The notes under the pieces are model-generated. The model was not told the DNA's origin, did no database searches, and worked only from the letters and a program-made list of their open reading frames with translations. Position numbers and translations under genes: made by a program. From assembly GCA_044892505.1 (NCBI GenBank), contig CM097882.1:445036001-445100000 (forward strand): a stretch of DNA of 64,000 nucleotides, given 5' to 3'. This stretch comes from Schmidtea nova (lineage: Eukaryota). Below are positions 13,901-31,973 of this stretch, one piece after another (within the stretch, counting starts at the first letter, position 1; the number at the start of each line of letters is the position of its first letter).

Positions 13901-14991
13901 AATTATATATATATATATATAATTATATTTATAATGATTTATATTATATAAATCTCAAGAACATGTGTATGACAATGTTGGAATTTATTATTCTACTACT
14001 ATTAAAAATAAGTAGTATAAATGTAATAATAATAAATTTTCTTCGAAAATCACTTAGCATATAATTTATTAATTCACCGCTTTCTAGACTTCTAAATAAG
14101 TTTCCTAATTTCCAGACTACATTTTCTATTACTTGTAATCATCTGAAATAATATAACGATTATTTAAAAAGCAGTAATTTTGCAGTTTTTCGTAGTTGTT
14201 ATTTAAAAAAAATGTCGACGAACTTAGTGTTAAAATGTCTAGATAAAGTTGATAAGTTCTGGTAAATTATAAATAATATTCTATTGTTGTAACATATACG
14301 GTAAATGGAAGGAATAATTACTTTTCGTGTGTCTGATACTTAATAAATTCAAAATATTTTGCTTCAGAAAACTTGCTGTATTAACTAGTTTATAATAAAA
14401 TATACCCTATGCTGATATTTATTAAATAACTAATTAAAAATTTATCAATTCATTTAGAAACGCTGCTCTGACACAGAATCGATTGCTTCCTCTGCCAACA
14501 GCCGTCAATCTACGAGGGTGTCTCAAGGCTGTCGCTGTAAAACCGGTTGTAAGCCCAGTCGTTGTGGATGTTTAAAATCATCAGCATCGTGCACTGACAA
14601 ATGTGCCTGTAAAGGTGAATGCTTAAGACTATCGATTTTACCTCAAATTGAAGAAGATTTAATTGAAAGGCCCACGCTAGATGTAGACGAGTATAAAAAT
14701 GACATTCTAAATCAAACATTCTGTATGCCAGATGATACAAATCAATCACATGTACTAAATCAATCTTTTACAATGGACAGAACTTCATCTACCGAATTCG
14801 TTATTCCCAATATTGACAATGATGACGACGATAAAGAAAATATCAATACAACTATAATCAATACAGACGAAACACTCACTGAATCACTACTTAAAAGGAG
14901 AACAGTTGTTATCTCAGATAACAGTGACATAATGAGATCAGAATCATCGAAAAAACAATATTTTGATAGTCTTTGTAATTTTACAAAATGA
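1940..14991 (+). CDS. KIF4: Kinesin-4 family chromokinesin (KIF4-like). Predicted exons 1940-2353, 2397-2477, 2602-3089, 3132-3740, 10129-10554 (or -10572), 10602-11100, 11155-11187, 14458-14991
   Basis: Motor motifs [56 protein letters not shown] junctions restore FIE|VYNE and TTLN|YAARAR with consistent phases. The stalk (AVLRRKVE..., [10 protein letters not shown]...LIEERRKL) resembles KIF4. The last exon has the Cys-rich [31 protein letters not shown] tail typical of KIF4. Confidence 0.88.
4150..6260 (-). pseudogene. Heavily degraded LTR-retrotransposon gag/protease remnant inside the KIF4 intron
   Basis: The minus strand gives a broken zinc knuckle (FLCWTC..GHKR, ~5590-5640) and a protease-flap-like [14 protein letters not shown] (~4560-4610). 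It is interrupted by a CT-rich repeat and an N gap. Confidence 0.4.
4945..5262. repeat. CT-rich minisatellite (ccctatccctctccttctctct-like units) running into an assembly gap
   Basis: Directly visible tandem pyrimidine repeats followed by Ns at 5263-5494. Confidence 0.9.
7988..9856 (-). mobile_element. pogo/Tigger-family DNA transposon, inactivated
   Basis: Imperfect TIRs (cagtagataccgcttaaagagaac / gttctctataagcgaaatcaacaa), each flanked by TA (7986-7987, 9857-9858). ORF 9554-9108 has HTH_psq/CENP-B-type HTH motifs. It is followed by [12 protein letters not shown] and ORF 8944-8105 with [23 protein letters not shown] and [14 protein letters not shown] (DDE_1). Confidence 0.92.
8105..9554 (-). 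pseudogene. pogo/Tigger transposase with an in-frame TAG at 9108-9110 and a deletion/frameshift near 8945
   Basis: [27 protein letters not shown] continues in frame past the stop. The usual stretch between RITF and PPLIIG is missing. Confidence 0.85.
11498..11729. mobile_element. piggyBac-like MITE (~232 bp)
   Basis: TTAA at 11494-11497 and 11730-11733. Termini ccctttaac / gttaaacgg are inverted with one mismatch. Confidence 0.6.
11769..11897. mobile_element. piggyBac-like MITE (129 bp)
   Basis: TTAA on both sides (11765-11768, 11898-11901). TIR cccctttactgcgg / tcgcagcgaagggg. Confidence 0.75.
12000..12500. repeat. T-rich degenerate minisatellite (tttttggttggtcctttt-like units)
   Basis: Low-complexity repeated units are visible; no credible ORF. 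Confidence 0.7.
12576..13487. repeat. ~455-bp direct tandem duplication; each unit contains an inverted repeat
   Basis: ttccataattctcataatgg at 12581 and 13036. Each unit has cataatggatgactatagatcaaaatttctttaaat paired with atttaaagaaattttgatctaaagtcatccattatg. A diverged partial copy lies at ~13690-13880. Confidence 0.9.
13475..13681. mobile_element. piggyBac-like MITE (~207 bp)
   Basis: TTAA at 13471-13474 and 13682-13685. Termini cccctttaccggt / gacggtaaaggtg. Confidence 0.65.
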
Positions 14992-15418
14992 ATTTATAAC
15001 GAGGAAATTGTACATATGAATATATTAATGTCACTTATTTTATATTTCTTCCAATGTCATTTGATGATAATAAATATTAAATCTGAGTTCATTTTTTAAA
15101 TCTAGTTTTCTATCTATTTATGTAAACATTAAATTATTGATTATTAATCAATTATTTTCAGACATTTTATGTTTGACCTTGAAAATATGTAGTATAATAT
15201 TTTCAAAGATGATTTTAAATAAATTAGAAGTTTTTAGTTTTAATATGCGTTGAATTTATAATTTTATATTTACAAAAAAATTCAAGTTTGTTAATAAAAG
15301 CATTTAAAACCGTTTTTTGACTAAATAAATATTTTTTAAATCTATATAGCGTGGTGTCGTAGTAATTTGTTTTAATTTTTTTGATAAACACAAAATTTGC
15401 TTTTACAGATATTTTTAA

Positions 15419-21453
<6,035 letters not shown>

Positions 21454-21551
21454 GTAAGTTTTAATAATTTGATTCATTATAAAATGTCTCCCAAAATTTT
21501 GGTTACCTGTTCAAATCAAATTGAACCACTGACAGTGCTGACGACCCAAAA

Positions 21552-21613
<62 letters not shown>

Positions 21614-22094
21614 ATATATAAATAGGCAACCGTCGCTTAACGCGGTTTACTGGCTCCGTGTTATCTAAAACCGGGTTAAATAAAACTAAAAATTTACATT
21701 TAAGAAAAAAATAATAATAAGATAAGAATTTTTTTATAAGTTTTCATTGAATAAACTTTTGGAAATTATAATCTTATTTAGTTGCGATTGAGTCAGATGA
21801 GTTGAACATGATAACAATTTATTCAAATCTAACGTAAAATTTTTATTTTAATAGGAAAAATGAGAAATTTGACATACCATACTGTGACATTAAATGATGA
21901 AATTAAATTGAATGATGGAATTAGTTTGGTGAAATTTAATAAATAAAAATATATTTTAAAAATTTTAAATATAATTTGTTAATAAATAATTATTTTAAAA
22001 TTAATTTGTGGTTTGATTCTTAATAAATTATAATTATATTTTAAAATAAGATTTTAAAAAGTTAACATCTTTATCTAATTATATTTTACTAGCG

Positions 22095-22345
22095 ATATCC
22101 CGTCAAAAATGACGAACGTTTTCAAAATTTATATAAACCAAAAATTAAATTCAAAAGTTCTCAATAATATTTTTGGTGAATGCTATTGAGTCATCAAAAT
22201 TATCATAGCAAATAATTATCCAATGAAACATCAATAGCACGTGTAAGAATTTGCAAGTTTTCCTATTGAAAAATCGGCCAATCAGCGCCCTTTAAAAGCA
22301 TTACATCCGGACAGACAGGCATTGTTACATAGCGAATTATAGATA
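22095..22345. mobile_element. Possible non-autonomous Helitron/Helentron-like short element
   Basis: actagc...cccgtcaaaaatgacg small hairpin near the left end and a cggacagaca microsatellite near the right end, as seen in such elements. Weak. Confidence 0.3.
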
Positions 22346-22599
22346 TTAATAATTTGTTTATTTAACTTGATTTTAGCATAGTTTTATGGATACCTGAAGA
22401 TTACAGGGAATCTGTCGAAATATATAGCCCATATGTTCTATAAATCACGTTATATATAATAGCGGGTCACATGTTTTTCATTCCTAATTTAAAGTATCGA
22501 TTTTAACAGTTCTTATCATTCTTTTCGACAGATAAAAGAGCCCGTCATAATTTTGATTATATTCCAGCCTCATGAATCTTTGAGTTAATTAAATTTTGA

Positions 22600-22850
22600 A
22601 ACAGGTGAAGCTTCTAAAAGAATTTTTGAACACTTGCATTAACTGTAAAATATTAACTCTTGCAATATTTTCCGAAATCTAACGGGGAAGATTTGTGTAT
22701 TCGGAATCCATTTTTCATGGAAGCAAACCCAGGAGGATTAAGTGCAAGTGATTACGAAAATCATATTAATTTAATAATCAACTCTGATTTTAAACAAAAA
22801 TACAAAGGTCAACCATTAAATGATTTCTGGACGAGAGTTTGTCAAAACAA
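22600..22850 (+). pseudogene. hAT (Buster/Charlie-like) transposase C-terminal remnant
   Basis: QYFPKSNGEDLCIRNPFF...LSASDYENHINL...DFKQKYKGQPLNDFW resembles the YFP..WIRNPF..L..FW segment of Buster-type transposases. Confidence 0.6.
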
Positions 22851-24562
22851 GCTATTATTATTGTTTTACTTCCCTTTGTTATAATATATTTATGTGAAAC
22901 GGGATTTTCGTATTAAGGTATTATGAAGTGGAAGTTCAGAAACAGACTCGACACTACAGAGATATAAGAATTCACCTTTCTGGTATTCGAACACCAAAAA
23001 TCATCGAAATCATCAAGAATTTTATTTATTTCTATTTTGTGTTATTTTTTAAAATAATTGCCACTAGAGCAGATATTTTCAACCTTTTTTGGCTTTTGGC
23101 AAACTAAATGAATGTAATTTTATGTAACACAGGTTTAAAAGGAATATTTGATTAAATTAGTTAAATTATGTATCGTTAGATATAGAAACTTGACGTTGAC
23201 GTTGATGGCCATATGAATCATATATGATCATTTCATGTTACTTTTAGAAAATTTTAAAAAAGTTGACCGAGGACCACAACATTTTTAACATTACGGTTGT
23301 TAACGTGTTAAAAAAACGTGGAACATTAAGAATTTTAAAATTTGTCATTTCGTATAGTTATGTATAAATTGGTCAATGTAATAGAAATAATGCGATTAAC
23401 ATTCATCCACACTAAATTTATTTTCAGTTATTTTGAAACCTATCAAGTTTACAAAGTGCCTTTAACGAGGAAATAAAAACGTTTTATTTCTAGGTTTAAA
23501 AATTTCAGTTTCAGGATTGAAATTGAAAACTCTTTATGAGTTTATTTTTATTTATTATCTGTTTTTGAAAAATGTTAACCATCATTTAAAACATTCATTC
23601 AAATACAAAGGTACCCTTGTATTTTTAATGAAATAAAATTTTTTTAAATATTACATAGATTATTAAATATTATTCTAAGCACATTTATATTAAATTAAAA
23701 AATTATTATTGCTAACAATGTGTGCAATGGGCCAATTCAACAGTTTACAATAATCAGTGTGTGCTTGATTTGTTTATTGCACAATACTTCTAATGTTTAC
23801 TTTATACATACGTCTATTCTATAACTAGTTCTTTCTGCCCGAATCAGTTTCCTCTTTGTTAGATGTATTAAATAAATGGTATGGTAATAATAACAAAAAA
23901 ATAACATTTCACAATATAGTTCAATTATTTATATGTTAACCTCAATACATAATGATATTTACTTCTATATGTAAGTAATCTTAAGGAAGACCGTCACAAA
24001 CTATTTCTATATAAAATGCTTGATTTTATAAATTAGTCATCCATTTTTCAATCTTCTATCTGAATCAATCCAATAATTTTTCAATATTTAGCTTGTTAAA
24101 CTCGGTTATTTTGTTTCTTTATTGAAATGAATTATTCCACTAACAATATTTTTTATTAATTACCCTGTTTTTCTGTTATAAGCCGCAATTTACTAACTGA
24201 TATTCTTAAAAAAAAGTTCCACTACTTCTAACAAGCCGCATCACGTTTTGCGAAAAATTATACTTAAATAGTATAATTTTCGAAGTGGAGTCATTTAAAA
24301 TTTGTCATATGTACAATTAATAATCCGCGATTTATAATGAAAAACCATGACAATTAGTTTGCAATTTTGCATTTGTCTTTTCTCTGAAAATATTGACTAT
24401 TCGGAATTTTTATTAATCTTTTGCTCTTACATATTGTATTTAAATTAATTTTTCAAAATTACGATTTATTTGTTCTCGAAATTTTAAGCATTTAAATTTT
24501 ATATACTTGTTTCCTGTTATATTGACATTTGTAATATTATTTTTAAATAAATATTTTTGTAG

Positions 24563-24901
24563 GAGTCCTTGGTTGCATTAATTCGCTTACATGCAAAATA
24601 TCTATCGAGATTTTATTCAGAAATTAAAAATGCTAAATTAACTGTTCCTGTGTGTATAAAAGAGTTATTTTCTCAAAATACTTGTACTGAACGAAAGTCA
24701 ATTGAACTATCCCGGATAAAAGACTTGTTCATAAACTTAACATATCTTCGCCGAGTAGGATATTGTCTGGAAGTTAATGTTGAATCTTATGTGGCAGTTC
24801 TGTCCATTCTTATTGATTGTATTAGCAATGACATCAATACATCTTCAGTCTATCATCACGATGTGAATATAGAAGCGAGTGTATCTTCTATTAATATATA
24901 A
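24563..24901 (+). CDS. Possible terminal exon of KDM5, or an unrelated exon
   Basis: ttttgtag acceptor at 24562, in phase 0 matching the donor at 21454. 112 open codons (ESLVALIRLHAKYLSRFY...). No recognisable motif. Confidence 0.3.
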   Translation, partial: ESLVALIRLHAKYLSRFYSEIKNAKLTVPVCIKELFSQNTCTERKSIELSRIKDLFINLTYLRRVGYCLEVNVESYVAVLSILIDCISNDINTSSVYHHDVNIEASVSSINI

Positions 24902-26419
24902 TTAATATAATTTTCATGTGTTTTGTAGATAATAAATTGTATTTAGAATTTATTATCTTATTACTATAACTTATTTTGATTCTTTCACATGGTATAATAT
25001 TTTTTTAGAAATTGAAATTCATTTATGGATTTTCATTAGATTTAGGCATTTGACTTTGAACTTTAAATTAAATAATTTATCTATTGAAAATGTATAAATT
25101 TCAGATTAAATATACTAGTAGTAAGTACTAAAGTTTGTGACAATGTGTGTACAATGCAGAATCTAATACTGGCAATAAACTAAATTTATATGCAAAAGTT
25201 GGTCACTAAAATTTATTTAAAACAAAATTGAATATATTTATGGATACATAATATTGCTTTATAAAAATAGTACAATTTGTGATATGTACTTGGTCGAGCC
25301 TAGCTGTGGCCATAGTTAAATTAAAATAAACTTAAATCGATGAGTTTTGGGATTTTGATTTGTATGATGGATTTAGAGGCGAACTTGAGATTATCAGTGA
25401 AATTTTTGTCGCGAGAACGAAATTGATGAATATTATAACACTAAAGCGTCTGCATGCCATGTTGTGCAAAAGTCATCTTAGATACAATGTTGAATAGCGA
25501 TGATTTAATTACAAGTATCTTCAAAACTAGAATATTTAATTGAAGCTAAAGATATAAACAGAAAATTCAATCCGACAAACGAATATTAAATCATAAATGC
25601 AGGTGATCGCTTGATATGATGTAGTCCGAATCAGTCGATTGGTCTTTCGAGTCCATTTGTGCCGGGACGGTTACGGAGTGCGGGTTGCTTGGGGCAGCTG
25701 ACTCGACGGGATGTATTTATTCAATGTACCCAAATCTCGATTAGTTACAAATTAAATTAAAAATTTCAGAAATTGCTAGTTTTTTAGGAAACTATCATAA
25801 ACTGAACGCTATTAACTGATTCTATTGCTCATACACAAATGGCATATTGGTATCTTATATTGTTAAGTTGGCAACAAATGTCAAATGAGACAATCATTTT
25901 TGTACAGAGGTAGTATTATAAATCTTACTTAATATTTGAATTTGAAATAAGCGTTTTCTAATGAACTTTAAAATAAAGAAATACGTGTTATATAAAAAAG
26001 TTGATGATTTAAAATTATTATATATTATTCGAAACTAAAAAAATCAAATTTCTTTAGTTTCTCGATTTATTAAAGTCAAAAAAATATTGCATAAGTTGTA
26101 TTTACATTGCATAAATGACTCATTGGGTTTATCACTTTATTATAAATTTTCACTACTATAATCATATCAACATTCCGTAACAAAATACTATTTCAATTAA
26201 CTATATATGGCATATTTTCGATTTATAGATTTTTGGTAAATAAACCAAATTAAATAATTTTTTATTTTATACTATAAATCTGGTTGTATTAAAAATAAGC
26301 CACTTCAGTACCGGTTTGAACAACCTGAGGATCGACTTTAATGTTGCGATATTTTCCACAGAATTACATGCCAACTAACTAACCGAGTCTAATAATACAA
26401 TCAGTTCTAAGTCTAATAT

Positions 26420-26560
26420 ACCATTCATTGATTTGTTGCTTGAAAAGAAAGATAAACATTTTGAAACCGAAATTTATTAGAAAACAATAGATAATGGTTT
26501 GTATACATCAACGGAAAGCTTTTTTGATTTCAAATATAATTGCCGTCAACTTATTGTAAA
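26420..26560 (+). pseudogene. Penelope-like RT thumb remnant
   Basis: NIPFIDLLLEKKDKHFETEIY*KTIDNGLYTSTESFFDFKY resembles the LPFLD..I.R....F.T.VYRKPT..GLY...SF motif of Penelope-like elements. Confidence 0.55.
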
Positions 26561-27279
26561 TATATAAATAAGATTGATAAATTACTTAAATTACTACAGA
26601 ATAACGGATATTGAAAATGTTTCTTGCGACGAATGGTGAGTGAAACTGTTGATAAGTGTATTATTAAGTTGAATGTGATTGATGACAAAATTTCTCCTGG
26701 TGTTGATGCATTTAACCTTGATAATGCTTCTTTAATTGTGTTGTGGTGTCATGGATGGGTTAAATTAAACAAAAAGAAAAAAAATATTCTACGGATGCCT
26801 TCATCCACGACCAAACATAAAATGCTTACGTGACACACAAGCACCCTTGACTATTTCCCTGGATAATCGAGCTGGAAATGTGCAAGGTGTTTGAACAATG
26901 ATGGGCAGGTGAGCTCAATTTCTAGAACTACTCCCCATTTTTGTTCGCGGGTCCATTGCTGCTGATAGAAGGACTTATGCTTTACTTTCACTTTACTTTA
27001 TCTGAATTCATTATCTTTATTTTATTATCCCTGCCCCCTTTTTACAATATCAACAGTTAATTTGAATAATTATTAGATATATTTTACTTTAAATCTTAAT
27101 GTTGATCTGCAATCTTTATTAATTATTTTATACCAGAATAATTTATACTGTAAAAACTCAATCATTTAATAATAATTTTTCTGTTAACTACTTTACTTAA
27201 CAGAAAATTAACAAATCAACGAGAAAAAAAATATTAATAACTATATTTACACAACTAATAAAGTTTTAAATTTCGGAAT

Positions 27280-27885
27280 TTAATCGAAGAATTTTAGAAA
27301 ATCTTCATCCAAGGCCATGAAATCTGTCGTCAGGTCGATTTCTGGCAGTTCATCAGTGTGATGGATTATTTGTTGTGCAAACTGCTTCTTCCATCTTCTC
27401 TGTCTTGCTCCCATTTTATTTTTCTTCTTCTTCTTCGCTTCTGTTGCAGATGAGATTTTTGGTGCGATTGATGGCTTAATCTCGGGGACTTGCGATGGCC
27501 CTTCAGTATTTGTTCCCTTGAAGCATACGGCTTTTTCCTCGGACCAGTGCTGGTAGGTAACTGGCCGTATTAGATGTTTTAACTCATTGCCAATGAAGGA
27601 CGTTGTGACTGCTTTGAGACATTTTCGTAACTCGATTTTCATCGCGTCGAGTTCGATGCGGTACTCTTCCCCCGCTCTCTGTGCCCGCTGATTTTTCATA
27701 AGTTGCTGCTTCATCTGCTCAGGACTGAACCAGCTCTTTCTAAGATGTAAATTTATTGTTTCAGATTTGACCAATTTTTCTTTTGTGATGTTGACTTCCT
27801 TTTCTAGGCTGCGAATGATTCGCCAAGCCTTATCTAATTCGGTTGATGGATGGGTTTGACTTGTCGACATTATTCTGGAAACCAA
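27280..27885 (-). CDS. Intronless orphan ORF, 201 aa (coiled coil, basic patch, acidic/hydrophobic tail)
   Basis: Uninterrupted ORF with higher GC than its flanks. No family recognised. Confidence 0.45.
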   Translation of the reverse strand: MVSRIMSTSQTHPSTELDKAWRIIRSLEKEVNITKEKLVKSETINLHLRKSWFSPEQMKQQLMKNQRAQRAGEEYRIELDAMKIELRKCLKAVTTSFIGNELKHLIRPVTYQHWSEEKAVCFKGTNTEGPSQVPEIKPSIAPKISSATEAKKKKKNKMGARQRRWKKQFAQQIIHHTDELPEIDLTTDFMALDEDFLKFFD

Positions 27886-29939
27886 TTGTGATTATTCATG
27901 ATTTATCTTAAATGATTGATAAAAAATGTAGTTAAGATTCTTTATGAATTAACGAGATTTGACAATATATTTCGTAACTCCGACAGACTTCACGCCATGG
28001 TTTAAATGACGATTCTATTTATGTTCATATAATTATTATTTTGAAATGAGGAAATGAAGAAAATATACTATTCATTTCAAACACTGTCGCTATGTACAGC
28101 GATCAGATCAATTTATTTTATTCATTTATACCTGTGCTATCTACAGCAATCAGGATAATTTTAATTTATAAAATAAGGTCTTCTGCCCTATGTAGAGGGA
28201 TCAGGATATTAAATTTATTCATAATTAAATTGACTTCAGTCTATAGTTGGCTGATTAATAAACATTTTTTATGTGATACGGTAGGTCATTGCAGGCTACC
28301 CACGCTGATGTAGAAATTGGAATGGTTCAAATTAGCGGTTACTCTGTTAAACATTTACTATGTATTAGAGTAGGCCATCGCATCTACCTACACTGATTTT
28401 TGCTGAATTATTGATTGTACCCTTCTACTCATTTGATGTATATTGACGGAATTGGAACTACAGACTAAACTGAAATCTCGGCGAACTACTTTAATTAGAG
28501 TTTGCTCTTTCTCTGCTGTTCGCTCATATTCTCTCCTACTCGGTATTCACACTATCAGATGGATTCTACAATTTGGTGTGTGGGTCACGTGTGTGATCAG
28601 AACTTTGAAGTACTCGCGTCTGTGCGCGAGTTGGTTTTTTCCATTGTTGCCGGAATTTAATTTTGGTATACTAATTAAAAGTTTTTATGATAATTAAGTT
28701 TTGTTGTTTTACCAGATCTTTTTTAGTAATTTAGTTTTTGGAGTTTGTGGGAGGTTCTTTTGGAAAGTTGTTTAAAAATTTTGAATTTGGTGAGTGATTT
28801 TCTTGTTTCTTTGTTGATCGACAATTAAAATCAACTTTTGTGAAAATGGAAAATAAAAAGATGGACAAAATTGATGGCAATGTCGCATTTGATTCTGGAA
28901 ATCGCGTAACAATGAAAAACAATATTCTTAGGATGTGTTATGGTTCAACGGGAAACGATTTATCAAATGAAACCAATATTGGGACGAACTGTGACAATAA
29001 GTCGTTAGAGTTCAACGTTGAAGAGAATATGAAAAAAGCCACAGCAAGTTTCATTCGTAGATGCCATGGGAATTATTTCAAATCAAATGAATGTCTTCAT
29101 TATCTTCGTGATTTAAATACAACAATCGTGGTAATGCTTTCGCGTGTCTCTGACGATAATCCACCCGAAGATCGCTTTAAAGTCTATCTAAATGGAAATT
29201 TCCGTAGATTATTGGCAAAAGAAACTTTACTGCGATCGCTATTTTCTCACCGTCAGTTTATATTGTTCTGTATATACAGTTTTGGCATTAGGTGGTTTGT
29301 TCTCATCTTGGTGAAGACGCATTATCTGCAAAAATTTACATTGTTTGGATGGACTCATGTGACACTGCTAATAATAGTCACTTCTTCGCATTTTATGATT
29401 AACAGTTTATTCAATGAAATTATGTGGTTTTCAATTACAGTTTCTATGANNNNNNNNNNNNNNNNNNNNNNNNNNNNNNNNNNNNNNNNNNNNNNNNNNN
29501 NNNNNNNNNNNNNNNNNNNNNNNNNNNNNNNNNNNNNNNNNNNNNNNNNNNNNNNNNNNNNNNNNNNNNNNNNNNNNCGCTAATTAAATTTTCTACATTG
29601 GGTTTTGTTTATCTTTTCTCTCAAGCAGTGATTAACTGGCCTGGATCAAATACAAATGTAATAAATTCGAATTAAAAGATAACTACATTCAATATAGATT
29701 GATAATTCTTTTCAAATTTATAACCAGTTACAAAATAACTATCTATCAATACCAAATAATTAAATAATCAACTACTAATCAAATAACTACTAATTAATAC
29801 CAACAAAACAACTAAAAAGCTAATTAGATTCTTGATAAATTCAAATATATTATCTCTCAATACATGAGTATTATTAGAAACTGACACAAATTAATTATTA
29901 ATAACTAGTTATTTCATTAATTCACTCTTTTCATATTAA

Positions 29940-30350
29940 GGTTCTGATACTAGGGTTCTGATACCAAAGATTCTCCTACTGGATATTACGATAAAAATAA
30001 TGGGATATTAGTGAAATATATAGTATGAAGCTTTTGCAGGTAAAAACCATTACAAAAGAGGTTCTGCTACTGGATAAAATTTGATGAAAATGTAACAATA
30101 TCGATATATAAGTGAAAATATAATATGAAACTTTTTCAGGCAAAAGCCATCACAAAAGAGGTTCTGATACCAAAGGTTCTGCTACGGGAAAAAATTGATG
30201 AAAATGTGACAATAGTGGTATATAAGTGAAAATACAATATGAATCGTTTTCAGACAAGAACCATCACAAAAGAGGTTCTGCTACCGGGGTTCTGCTACTT
30301 GATAAAAATGTAACAATATTGGTATTTAAGTCAAAATACATTATGAAGCT
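29940..30350. repeat. Degenerate ~110-bp tandem repeat (3-4 units), with a related inverted copy at ~53785-53880
   Basis: Recurring aaaaccatcacaaaagaggttctg(a/c)tac and gatgaaaatgt(a/g)acaata. The reverse complement (cagaacc...tgtgatggttttt) occurs at ~53815-53840. Confidence 0.8.
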
Positions 30351-31295
30351 TTTTTTAGAAATTTTGTTAGCAATCAACAAAGAAATACAATTTAATGAAG
30401 CTTTTACCTATGTGAATTGCAATAAAGATTGTAATTTGAAAAATCCTGATGAAAATTCGATATATCAAACCAAGATAATGTTTCAAGGCCTCAAAGAATT
30501 TAATGATGTAGTAAAACCTTTTTGGAAAATTATCAAAACAAATATATGTGAATAAAATTTATTTATAAATTCTTGTCTTTTCATTATAATTTTTGTTTTG
30601 GTTAATCAAAATTTTTAATAACAATTATTTAATGTGATAAATCTATTACCAAGTACTTAAATCGATTAGCTTTTTATTAAAAAGTAATTAATTTTTATTA
30701 TCATAATTATTCTAAATTGATTTTGTTTTAATAATCGATTATATATTTAAAACTAAAATTAATTTTCTCTAATAATTCCCAGGCAACAGTAATTAATTCG
30801 GAATTTAATATTATAAAATATACCAAATTCCGAATTACTTACTGTTGCCGGGGAATTATTATTATTTTTCCCCCAATTTTGTTCGCCGTTTAATTTTCAG
30901 TAGATCGCTATAAAAATTATTGAATTCTGACCATTTTTTAAAGTTTTAGAAAAAATGTTGAAAAATTAAGTAAAAATTAAAAATGTTCAGTATAATATTA
31001 TAAATTACGTAAGGAACAAAGTGTTATGTAATAGTCACATAAACTATGTAAAATATTACATACTGTATGAAGTACTATGTAACAGTTACATAATGGTTAC
31101 ATAATGCATTAAACATTGCACAATACATATAACATTACATCACGGTTTCATAACATTTACTTAATACACATATTACTATGTAATACTATGAGACCTTTAG
31201 TAGATGGGTTAAACTGTATATTTATTACATAATATATACTGCTTATGGATAAATGGGTTGTGCTAGACCGCTCCTTCCCCCTACTTATATGTGAT

Positions 31296-31973
31296 GGGTT
31301 GTTGAGAGTCAATATGACCTTTACATTACTATGACTCACATCAACAACTCAACACACAAAACATTAGTTAACCATCTTGTTGCCCGCTAAAGTGTAACTT
31401 TGGTACTGCAAAAAATGGATGGAGATTTGCAAACAGTGAGCGTCGAAAAATTCGAAACTATAATTGAACGAATAACGCGATAGGTTCAAGGGCGACCGCT
31501 AGAAGTTGCTTTGCAAATTTTAGTCGTGTAGTCGATTAAAACCTTGGCACAAAAATTAAAACAAATTGATTTTCATTAAATCCGTCTTTTTGCATGTTTG
31601 CAGCCCTATTGAATTTATTATTGTTTTTGGTTGAAGTAGAAATTTCATTGTCGGAATTAAATGTAGAAGTTTTCTTCATATGATCCTGCCATACGAGAGC
31701 TGCACAGAGTAAACAAAGAGATTTTCCTGAGCCGGTTCGAGATTTCAAACTTGCTTGTGGTGGGTTGTTGATCATCAATATGACCTTGACGTTGCTATGG
31801 CTCTCATCAACAACTCAACACATAAAACATTGAAATAACCATCTTGTTGCCCGTCACAATGTAAAGTTGGTAATGCAACAAATGGGTGGGTATTCGCAAT
31901 CAGTGAGCGTCGTCAATACGAAACTATGATTGACCGAATATCTCCTGGGTCCAAGGGCTACCGATAGAAGGTT
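31296..31973. repeat. Diverged ~210-bp direct repeats (31296-31507 and 31762-31973) flanking a unique insert
   Basis: Both copies read gggttgttga..caatatgacctt..catcaacaactcaacac..aaccatcttgttgcccg..cagtgagcgtcg. Confidence 0.85.
31540..31750 (-). pseudogene. Isolated FANCJ/RTEL1-type helicase motif-I fragment
   Basis: SRTGSGKSLCLLCAALVWQ matches the ESPTG(S/T)GK(S/T)L(A/C)LLC(S/A)(A/T)LAW motif of FANCJ/BRIP1 and RTEL1. No other exons were found nearby. Confidence 0.65.

Noticed and set aside
25600-25720. GC-richer patch, possible RNA gene or gag fragment
   Set aside because: No tRNA/snRNA fold or protein motif recognised.
26701-27055. Solo LTR candidate (TGTTGAT...ATCAACA)
   Set aside because: No matching TSD, no adjacent PBS or PPT and no second copy; mentioned only as context for the orphan ORF.
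28840-29449. ORF running into an N gap, with an LTR/PBS-like upstream region (28500-28620)
   Set aside because: No recognisable domain; the TGGTG motif does not match a tRNA 3' end I can name.
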